From an uncultured Planctomycetia bacterium (GTDB taxonomy: Bacteria; Planctomycetota; CAYHQZ01), in contig CAYHQZ010000002.1 in assembly GCA_964358555.1 (NCBI GenBank), positions 1-40,089 of the forward strand: a stretch of 40,089 bases of DNA. Direction: 5' to 3'. Of this stretch, positions 33,156 to 40,089 are shown one piece after another (position 1 is the stretch's first letter; every line of letters begins with the position of its first letter). The notes below the pieces were generated by a model. The model did not search any database, was not told where the DNA came from, and was given only the letters and a program-made list of their open reading frames with translations. The translations under genes were made by a program, and so were the position numbers.

Positions 33156-35294
33156 GTGTCGATCATCCAGATCCGAAAGCGAGACGGACGCCTCGTCCCG
33201 TTCGACGGAGCGAAGATCTCGGAGGCGATCTATCGGGCCGCCGTCTCCGTTGGCGGCGAGGATCGCGCGCTGGCCGACGAACTCGGGGGCGTTGTGAAGG
33301 TTTTGCTCGAGCGGGAATTCCGCGATCGGGTCCCCGGGATCGAGGACATCCAGGACCTCGTCGAGAAGGTCCTGATCGAGACGGGCCACGCGAAGACCGC
33401 GAAGGCCTATATCCTCTACCGCGATCGCCGGGCGCGGATTCGCGAGACCCTCTCCGTTCGCAAGGAGCGCCCCGCCCTCGAGGGCCCCCGGGTCGAGTCC
33501 GCCAGCCGATCCGAGGTCCGCCCCTGGAACAAGGCCCGGATCGTGGACGCCCTCGTCGCCGAGGCCGACCTGCCCCGCCCCGAGGCGGAAGAGGTCGCCC
33601 GCGAGGTCGAGGACCGGATCTTCCGTGCGGGGCTCCAGAAGCTCTCCACCTCGCTCGTACGGGCGCTCGTGGACAACGTCCTGCTCGAGCGGGGACTGGA
33701 AAACCGCCTCGCCCGCCAGCGCTCCATCGGGCTGCCGAAGTTCGACGTCCGGGAGATACTGAAGGGAAAGGGGGTCGCACCCACGGGCCGATCCCCGTCG
33801 GCCCGGGACGCCTCTGCGCGAATCGCGGGCGCCATCCTCGGGGCCCACAACCTCGAGGAGGCGTTCAGCCCGGAGGTTCTCGAGGCCCATCGGGAGGGGC
33901 GCATCGATCTCGGGGACGCGGCGTCCATCGCCCCATCCAGGCTTCGCACGATCCCGCTCAAGACCCTGCTCGCCCCCGAGGCGAACGCCTCCTGGGCCCG
34001 GCCGCCCCGCGTGCCGGGCGATTTGCCTTCGATGCTGCGGGCCATCCTCGACGCCGTGGAAGCCCTCGGGGCCGCCGGCGTCCCCGCCGTCGCGATCCCG
34101 CTCCTGGATGCGTTCCTTTCGCCCTGGGCGGAATCCGCGGAGCGGCGCGACGTCTCCCGGTTTGCTTCCGGGCTTCTCGATGGCCTGGAGCGGATCTGCC
34201 GGCTCGGCGGCCCCCGGGCCGAAATTCATCTCTGTGCGTCGATGCCCGCCGACGTCCGGGCCCTTCCCGCCTGCGGGACCGGCGGGGCGCCGCTGCCCAA
34301 GCCCTACGGGGCCTGCGAGGAGTCCGCCCGCTCGCTCGCCCGCGCGATTTTGGCCGCCTACGGGGAGCGCAATGCCGCCGAGCGCGCCCTCGACGCCCCG
34401 CGCGTGGTCCTGCGGGTCGCTCCCGAGGACCTCGAGCGCGCCGACTCTCTTGCCCTCGTCGAATACGCGGCCGTCATCGTCGAGGACAACGGGGGTCCGA
34501 TCTTCTCTCTCGCCGGGATCCGTTCCGCGGGGATTCCGGGCCTGCCTTCGCCTTCGGGAGAGGGCTTCCCGTTGTGGGACCGGCCGGTCTCGGTCTTGGA
34601 GGGCGTTTCGCTGAACCTCCCGCTTGCGGCCCTGGAGGCCGGAGGCGAAGAGGGGCGGCTCTACGAGGCCCTGGAAAGCCGGCTTTCGCTTGCGACCCGG
34701 GCGCTCACCGAGCGGCGGGCATTCCTGCGCGAAATCGGGCTTTCCGCCTCCGGCGTCGCCCCGGCCGCCCTCGAGGTCTTCCCCGTGGCCCTCGTCGGGC
34801 TGCCCGAATGCGCAGCCGCCCTCTTGGGTCCGGGCCCCGAGGCCGCGCGCGCTTCGCGGATCCTGGCGTTCCTGTCCGCGCAGGCAAAGACCGCGGCCGC
34901 CGGCGCGGCGAGCGGTGTTCTGCGGTCCGGCGAGCGGACGGCCGTCGCCGCCCGGTTCGCCCGGACGCTTCGCGACCGCGGCTCGATCTCCTCCGTCTCG
35001 CGCGGGATCCTGCGCGAGGGGGATCCGGAGTGGCTCGCCGCCGCGCCCCGCCTCGCCCCGTTCCTTTCGGAAGGGCCCGTCCGCCGGGTCCGCTCGTCCG
35101 CGGAGCCGGTGGATCGGGAGATTGTCCAGGGGATGCTGCAGTCGCTGCTCCGGAGCGGCGGCTTCCGCGGCCTGGCCGTCCTGCCGGAGGGCTCGATCTG
35201 CCACGGCTGCCGGGACTTCGTCCCGGAGGGCCGTGCCTGCCCCCGTTGCGGCCCCGGCGCCGCGACCTCGGTTCCGGAGCTGGAGTTCGAATGA
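33156..35294 (+). CDS. divergent NrdD-like (class III ribonucleotide reductase-like) protein with two ATP-cones and a C-terminal zinc ribbon, no visible glycyl-radical motif
   Basis: GTG 33156 lies 28 nt after the nrdR stop. ATP-cone 1 is IQIRKRDGRLVPFDGAKISEAIYRAA...YILYRDRRARIRE. ATP-cone 2 is VRPWNKARIVDALVAEADLPRPEAEEVAREVEDRIF...LVDNVLLERG. AHREGRIDLGD resembles the NrdD aH..G.ihiHD segment (from memory). The protein ends ..GSICHGCRDFVPEGRACPRCGPGAATSVPELEFE. Confidence 0.7.
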   Translation: MSIIQIRKRDGRLVPFDGAKISEAIYRAAVSVGGEDRALADELGGVVKVLLEREFRDRVPGIEDIQDLVEKVLIETGHAKTAKAYILYRDRRARIRETLSVRKERPALEGPRVESASRSEVRPWNKARIVDALVAEADLPRPEAEEVAREVEDRIFRAGLQKLSTSLVRALVDNVLLERGLENRLARQRSIGLPKFDVREILKGKGVAPTGRSPSARDASARIAGAILGAHNLEEAFSPEVLEAHREGRIDLGDAASIAPSRLRTIPLKTLLAPEANASWARPPRVPGDLPSMLRAILDAVEALGAAGVPAVAIPLLDAFLSPWAESAERRDVSRFASGLLDGLERICRLGGPRAEIHLCASMPADVRALPACGTGGAPLPKPYGACEESARSLARAILAAYGERNAAERALDAPRVVLRVAPEDLERADSLALVEYAAVIVEDNGGPIFSLAGIRSAGIPGLPSPSGEGFPLWDRPVSVLEGVSLNLPLAALEAGGEEGRLYEALESRLSLATRALTERRAFLREIGLSASGVAPAALEVFPVALVGLPECAAALLGPGPEAARASRILAFLSAQAKTAAAGAASGVLRSGERTAVAARFARTLRDRGSISSVSRGILREGDPEWLAAAPRLAPFLSEGPVRRVRSSAEPVDREIVQGMLQSLLRSGGFRGLAVLPEGSICHGCRDFVPEGRACPRCGPGAATSVPELEFE

Positions 35295-35349
35295 TTCCAT
35301 CGTTCACCCAAGAACGGCCGGCAAGCGCCGGCCCAGGAGCGTCGTCGCC

Positions 35350-35679
35350 GTGCGCCTGAAGTCCCTCGATCTCTACGGATTCAAGTCCTTCGCCGATCGC
35401 ACCGAGTTTTCCTTCGACCGCGGGGTCACGAGCATCGTCGGCCCGAACGGCTGCGGGAAGTCGAACGTCGTCGACGCGATCAAGTGGATCCTCGGCGAGC
35501 AGTCGGCCAAGAGCCTCCGCGGGTCCGAGATGGCCGACGTCGTGTTCAACGGGACGGACAAGCGAAAGCTCCTGCCCTTCGCGGAGGTGACGCTTTCGTT
35601 CGTGAACGGCGCGAACGGCGGCGGCGAGGAGGAGGTCCGGATTACGCGCCGGGTCTACCGGGACGGGACCGGCGAATAA
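35350..35679 (+). CDS. smc: SMC N-terminal head fragment (Walker A), terminated by an in-frame TAA
   Basis: The GTG start gives M/V-RLKSLDLYGFKSFADRTEFSFDRGVTSIVGPNGCGKSNVVDAIKWILGEQSAKSLRG...ITRRVYRDGTGE, followed by TAA at 35677-35679. Confidence 0.85.
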   Translation: MRLKSLDLYGFKSFADRTEFSFDRGVTSIVGPNGCGKSNVVDAIKWILGEQSAKSLRGSEMADVVFNGTDKRKLLPFAEVTLSFVNGANGGGEEEVRITRRVYRDGTGE

Positions 35680-35904
35680 CGCCGGAACGGCGAGCCCTGC
35701 CGCCTGAAGGACATCAAGGAACTCTTCCTCGACACGGGCTCCAGCCTCGACTCGTTCGCCATCGCCGAGCAGGGCCGGATCGACGCGATTCTCAACGCCA
35801 GCCCCCAGGAGCGCCGCGGCATCCTCGAGGAGGCGGCCGGGATCAGCCGGCTCAAGTCGAAGAAGAAGGAAAGCCTCGCGCGTCTCGATCGCGCCGGCCA
35901 GAAC

Positions 35905-38900
35905 TTGGAGCAGCTCCGGGCGGTGCTCCAGGAAATCGAACGCTCGCTGCGATCCGTGCGCGTCCAGGCGGGCAAGGCGCGTTCCTATCAGGCCCTCGTC
36001 GGCGAGCAGCGCGAAAAAAGAGTCCTCCTGATGCTTCGCCAGCGATCCGACGCCGTCGAGCGGGTCCGGCTGGCCCGGGAGGCCAGGACCGGCGCCGAGC
36101 GCGTCCGCAACGAAGCGGGGGCCGCGTTGGAGGCGGCCGAGACGGCCCTCCGGTCCGCCGAGGAAGCCTTTGAATCGATCCGCGCCGAGCGGGAGGCCGC
36201 CCGGGCGGAGCTGCTCACGCGGGAAGGGGAGCGGATGGTCGCCCTCGAGCGTCTCGAAAACGCCCGCGCCCGCTTCGTCTCCCTAGAAGTCCGGATCGCG
36301 GAAGCCTCCGATCGCGCCGCGGCCGAGGCGGCCCGCCAGGCCGCCCGCGCCATCGAGGTCAAAACCGCGATCGAGGCCTGCGCCGCCGCGGAGGCGGCCG
36401 TCCGGGAGGCGGCTGTTCGCGAGCAGGAGGCGAACGGCCGGCTCGAGGACGTCGAGTCCGCGATTCGCGAGATCGAGGCGGCGGCCGCGGAGGCCCGCCG
36501 GCATGCGTTCGAGGCGGCCGAGTCGGCGGCTCGGGCCGCGTCCGACGAGTCTGCGGCCCGGACCGAGGAGCAGACCCACGAATCCCGCCTCCGCCGGTTC
36601 CGCGAGCGCCAGGAGGAGGTCGAGAAGCGGGCGGCCCGCCACCAGGCCGACCTGGAACACATGGCCGCCCGGATCCGGGCGCATGCGGAGAGCCTCGGGA
36701 TCCTCGAGGGGGACTGGAAGGAGCACTCGGAGATGGAGGCCGCGGTCCAGGCCTCCCGGAGCCAGATCGCGGAGGCCCACCGCAAGATGTCCGAGCAGCG
36801 GGCGGCCCTTTCGTCCCGGCTCGAGATCCTCGAGGACCTCGAGCGCCGCCACGAGGGAATCGCGGCCGGCGCGCGCGCGATCCTCGATCGGGGATCGGAT
36901 CGGATCGAGGGGATCGTCGGGATCCTCGCGGAGCGGATCGACGCCCGTTTTGAGGACGCCCGCGCGGTCGAGGCGCTTCTCGGGGAGTTCGTGTCCGCCC
37001 TCGTCGTCCGGGAATCCTCCGCCGCCTGCGCGGCCGCCGCGTTCCTGCACGAATCGAACGAGGGGCGCGCCCTCATGCTGCCGCTCGATCGATTCGGGCC
37101 GGGCGCGGAGGCGCCCGCGGCGATGCCGGCCGGGACCCGGCGCGCCCTGGACTCCGTGACCGCCCCGCCCGAACTCGCAGGCGTTCTGGCCCGGCTTCTC
37201 GGATGTGCCGCCCTCGCGCCTTCGCTGGAAACGGCGCTTGCGCTCGCGGCCGCCTCGCCTCCGGGCTGGGCGTTCGCGACCCCGGACGGCGAGGTCGTCC
37301 GATCCGACGGATGCGCCCTCGTGGGCGGGACCGGCGTCGAGGGTCCGCTGACCCGTCGCATGGAGATCCGGCGCCTGCAATCGGTCATCGGCGAGGTCGG
37401 CGCGGAGATGGACAGGCTTTCGGACGATCTCTCCGAGCACGAGCGGAAGGCCGCCTGGATCGAGGCCGAGAAAAAGCAGCTCCGCACCCGGATCTACGAC
37501 GAAAACGTCCTGAAGCAGGAAGCCGAGGGGGCGCGCAAGGCGACGGAGGCGGCGCTGATCGCGGCGAGGGACGAGGAGCGGATCCACCGCTCCGAAATCG
37601 AGGAGGCCGAGCGAGGCCTCGGGGAAGCCCGACAGCGGCGCGAGGCCGCCGACGCCGCGCGCAAATCGCACGACGCCGAGCGGGCGGCCGGCGAGGCGGC
37701 CATCGCGGAAGCCCTGCTGCGCCGCGAGGCGCTCGGGGCCGAGCGGGCGGCGGCCGTTTCGGAACTCACGTTCGCCCGGACGGTCCTCACGCGCGCCCAG
37801 GCCGACGCCGAGTCCGCCGAGGCGCGTGTTGCAACCGCCCGGCGGGCGGAGGAGGAAGGCGCCCTCGTCCTCGGGACGCTGCGCTCGGACGCGGATCGCG
37901 CCCGGGCCGAGCGCGAAACGAGCGCTTCGGAAATCGAGCAGGCGGGAGGCGTCGTCGCGACGCTGGAGCGTTCCATCGGGGAGACCTCCGAACGGCTCGC
38001 CCGCCTCGAGACCGGCGAGGGCGGCGCCCGGACGGCGCGGGAGGCCGCCGACGCCTCCGCGCGGACCGCGCGCGAGGACCTCCAGTCCGCCGAGGCCGTC
38101 CGGGCCGGGGCTGTCGCGGAGGAGGCGGGGCGGGAGGGGGAGCTTAAGGGGCTCGAGGAGCGCGCCCGCGAGGAGCTGGATTCCGACCTCGAATCCGTCG
38201 CGGCGGCCCGGCCGGCCGGCGAGGAGATGCCGCCGGAGTCCGAGCTCAAGAGCGCACTCGAGACGCTCAAGCGGAAAATCGAGCACATGGGCCAGGTAAA
38301 CCTGAACGCCATCGCCGAGCAGGAGGAGCTGGAGGCCCGCCACACGAGCCTCTCCGCCCAGGAGCAGGACGTGCTCAAGGCCAAGGCCGACCTGGAGGCC
38401 ATGATCGAGGAGATCAATCGGGTCAGTCGCGACCGCTTCGCGACCACGTTCGCGGCCGTCCGCGAGAATTTCCAGGAGGTCTTCCGGAAGCTCTTCGGCG
38501 GCGGCAAGGCCGACATCCTCCTCGAGGAGGGCAAGGACGTGCTCGAGGCCGGGATCGAGATCGTCGCCCGCCCGCCGGGGAAGGACCTTCGCACGATCTC
38601 GCTTCTGTCCGGCGGCGAGAAGACGCTGACGACGCTGGCGCTGCTGTTCGCCGTTTTCCGCACCCGTCCGTTCCCCTTCACCGTCCTCGACGAGGTGGAC
38701 GCGGCGCTCGACGAATCGAATATCGATCGGTTCATCGGGATGCTCAAGGAGTTCTCGAAGACCTCCCAGTTCATCATCATCACGCACAGCAAGAAGACGA
38801 TGGCCTCCGCGGACGTCCTTTACGGCATCACGATGCCGGAGGCGGGCGTCTCGAAGAAGGTCGAGGTCCGGATCGAAGAGGTGGAGAGGGTCCTCGAGGA

Positions 38901-38922
38901 AGTCCCGGCCGCTTCGCGGTAG
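35905..38922 (+). CDS. smc: SMC remainder (coiled coils, hinge, signature motif, Walker B); homology actually resumes at 35680 in the same frame
   Basis: The frame is the same as 35350..35679. Codons 35680-35904 read RRNGEPCRLKDIKELFLDTGSSLDSFAIAEQGRIDAILNASPQERRGILEEAAGISRLKSKKKE, which includes the Q-loop region. The hinge is GIVGILAERIDARFEDARAVEALLGEFVSALVV. The signature motif is LSGGEKTLTTLALLFA and the Walker B is FTVLDEVDAALD. The TTG at 35905 is only the first possible start codon after the stop. Confidence 0.85.
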   Translation: MEQLRAVLQEIERSLRSVRVQAGKARSYQALVGEQREKRVLLMLRQRSDAVERVRLAREARTGAERVRNEAGAALEAAETALRSAEEAFESIRAEREAARAELLTREGERMVALERLENARARFVSLEVRIAEASDRAAAEAARQAARAIEVKTAIEACAAAEAAVREAAVREQEANGRLEDVESAIREIEAAAAEARRHAFEAAESAARAASDESAARTEEQTHESRLRRFRERQEEVEKRAARHQADLEHMAARIRAHAESLGILEGDWKEHSEMEAAVQASRSQIAEAHRKMSEQRAALSSRLEILEDLERRHEGIAAGARAILDRGSDRIEGIVGILAERIDARFEDARAVEALLGEFVSALVVRESSAACAAAAFLHESNEGRALMLPLDRFGPGAEAPAAMPAGTRRALDSVTAPPELAGVLARLLGCAALAPSLETALALAAASPPGWAFATPDGEVVRSDGCALVGGTGVEGPLTRRMEIRRLQSVIGEVGAEMDRLSDDLSEHERKAAWIEAEKKQLRTRIYDENVLKQEAEGARKATEAALIAARDEERIHRSEIEEAERGLGEARQRREAADAARKSHDAERAAGEAAIAEALLRREALGAERAAAVSELTFARTVLTRAQADAESAEARVATARRAEEEGALVLGTLRSDADRARAERETSASEIEQAGGVVATLERSIGETSERLARLETGEGGARTAREAADASARTAREDLQSAEAVRAGAVAEEAGREGELKGLEERAREELDSDLESVAAARPAGEEMPPESELKSALETLKRKIEHMGQVNLNAIAEQEELEARHTSLSAQEQDVLKAKADLEAMIEEINRVSRDRFATTFAAVRENFQEVFRKLFGGGKADILLEEGKDVLEAGIEIVARPPGKDLRTISLLSGGEKTLTTLALLFAVFRTRPFPFTVLDEVDAALDESNIDRFIGMLKEFSKTSQFIIITHSKKTMASADVLYGITMPEAGVSKKVEVRIEEVERVLEEVPAASR

Positions 38923-38946
38923 GCTTTCCAGGCTAGAATCCGGGGG

Positions 38947-39609
38947 ATGAGACCGCTGGCCTCGTTTTGGCTCCTTTCGGCGGCCCTCGCCGCCGCCCTT
39001 CTCGCCGCCGACGGGGGAGCCCCGCCGGCGCCTTCTTCGCCGCCCGCCGAGGCGAAGGCGGCTCCGGAGGCCGGCAATGCGGCGGATTCCTCCAGCGCCC
39101 GGCGGGCGGCGGAGGAATTCTCGAAGCGCATCCTCGCGCTGGAACTGGCCGACGAGCAGTGGGAGGGCCTCGCGGGAGCCGCGGTCGAGGCGATCTCGCG
39201 GATCCTGTCCGAATCCGAGCGGCCCGCGTTCGAGCGCGCCCTGCCGGACGCCGCCGCGGGAGGCCGCGCGCGCCTCGAGGCCGCCCTTCGGCGCATCGCC
39301 GCCCGCGTCGACCTCACCGACGTCCAGTCGAGGCATCTCAAGGAACGCCTGTTGTCGTTCTGCCGGGGGAATCTCACGGAGGCCCAGCAGGCCGGGATCG
39401 GGGCTTTGCAGCCCGGCAAGGAAATCGAGCAGCCCAAGACCGTTCCCTACGCGGGCGGGGCGGCTCCTTCGGGCGGGGGGGCGGCGCCGGCCGCCGGCGA
39501 CGGGCTGGCGCCTCTTCCGGACGCCGACGCTCCTTCCGAGCCATCCGGAGGGGGCGGGGCCGGGAAGGGCAAAAAGGCCGGCGGGGCGAAAAAGAAGAAA
39601 AAGAAGTAG
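38947..39609 (+). CDS. secreted hypothetical protein with a Gly/Pro linker and a poly-lysine tail
   Basis: The signal peptide is MRPLASFWLLSAALAAALLAADG. A helical middle region follows. The C-terminus is ...GGGGAGKGKKAGGAKKKKKK. Confidence 0.7.
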   Translation: MRPLASFWLLSAALAAALLAADGGAPPAPSSPPAEAKAAPEAGNAADSSSARRAAEEFSKRILALELADEQWEGLAGAAVEAISRILSESERPAFERALPDAAAGGRARLEAALRRIAARVDLTDVQSRHLKERLLSFCRGNLTEAQQAGIGALQPGKEIEQPKTVPYAGGAAPSGGGAAPAAGDGLAPLPDADAPSEPSGGGGAGKGKKAGGAKKKKKK

Positions 39610-39692
39610 CCCGAAGGCAACTTTCCCCTCTCCGGAGACGTTCGTACGGGGTGGAGGCCGGAGATCCCGGCCGGAGAGCCGGCGACTCTTCG

Positions 39693-39722
39693 TTGACAGG
39701 GAAAAATGAAGCAACCTACAAT
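39693..39722 (+). promoter_or_regulatory. sigma70-like promoter for the last, partial gene
   Basis: TTGACA (39693-39698), 18-nt spacer, TACAAT (39717-39722). Confidence 0.4.
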
Positions 39723-39762
39723 CCCGCCTTCCGGGCGCGGGGCTGTCCCGGGAACGGCCATC

Positions 39763-40089
39763 ATGAAATCCGATAATTCAAAGCTCCCCCCTGGAAGAGG
39801 ATCCGGTCGTTTCCCACCCCCTCCGCCCGAACCCGAGCCCCAGCCCGAGGAGGAGCTGCCCCCCGAGGAGGAGCCCGCTCCCGACGAGGGCGCCTTCGAG
39901 GAGGAAGCGCAGGAGGAGATCGACCTTGGCGAGCCTCCGGCGGAGGAGCCTTCTTCCGAGGAAGCCCCCCAGGAGGAAGAAGCGCCCCCGGAAGAGGTTC
40001 CCGCCCCGAAGCCGCGGGCCCTGGGCTCCTCGGGCGTCCGCCGGGGCCTCGGCTCCTCGGGTGCGTTCAAGGCCGAGGGTGCCCGCAAC
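39763..40089 (+). CDS. acidic Pro/Glu-rich hypothetical protein, N-terminal part only (runs off the right edge)
   Basis: ATG 39763 lies downstream of the promoter above. MKSDNSKLPPGRGSGRFPPPPPEPEPQPEEELPPEEEPAPDEGAFEEE... stays open to the window end and is GC3-rich. No clear SD is present. The antisense track ORF 39447..40088 is Ser/Gly shadow sequence. Confidence 0.4.
   Translation, partial: MKSDNSKLPPGRGSGRFPPPPPEPEPQPEEELPPEEEPAPDEGAFEEEAQEEIDLGEPPAEEPSSEEAPQEEEAPPEEVPAPKPRALGSSGVRRGLGSSGAFKAEGARN

Noticed and set aside
35677-35679. TAA reassignment (genetic-code change) as the explanation for the stop inside smc
   Set aside because: TAA terminates at least three well-delimited genes in this same window (nrdR, the nucleotidyltransferase gene and the VIT-vWA gene) at positions consistent with family lengths. 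A genome-wide sense reading of TAA is therefore unlikely.

Overview
Very GC-rich, gene-dense bacterial chromosomal segment, with many signal-peptide, Pro-rich and TPR/HEAT-type proteins (a style seen in PVC-like or uncultivated lineages; taxonomy not determinable here). I support about 30 protein genes, one tRNA-Ala(GGC), several sigma70-like promoters and a few repeats. There is no rRNA, CRISPR array or transposase. Recognisable housekeeping genes: archaeal-type DNA topoisomerase VI (top6B-top6A), nrdR followed by a divergent NrdD-like protein, smc, a tRNA-dihydrouridine synthase and a DapA-family aldolase. Envelope and secreted genes: two giant paralogous secreted proteins (381-6898), a VIT-vWA giant protein, an Ig-repeat protein, a fused multi-TM/spermidine-synthase-like protein, a pectate-lyase-like lipoprotein and an alkaline-phosphatase-superfamily membrane transferase. 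Two small, visibly more AT-rich islets (about 6900-8350 and 17200-18360) carry accessory, TA-like cassettes: a small ORF plus nucleotidyltransferase, an ORF6N gene, and a DUF4160/DUF2442 pair. Two of these cassettes share a near-identical promoter module. Most notable observations: (1) smc is interrupted by one in-frame TAA at a conserved aromatic codon. (2) The NrdD-like protein has two ATP-cones and stops right after its zinc ribbon, with no glycyl-radical segment. (3) A translationally coupled operon links an Ig-repeat protein, a (GKKTP)n Lys-repeat secreted protein and a spermidine-synthase-like membrane enzyme carrying a degenerate FHA-like insert. (4) A 150-bp in-frame insertion flanked by direct repeats sits in the DapA-family gene. 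(5) A 26-bp hairpin repeat brackets a nucleotidyltransferase cassette. All family calls come from motif recognition by eye; no database search was run.
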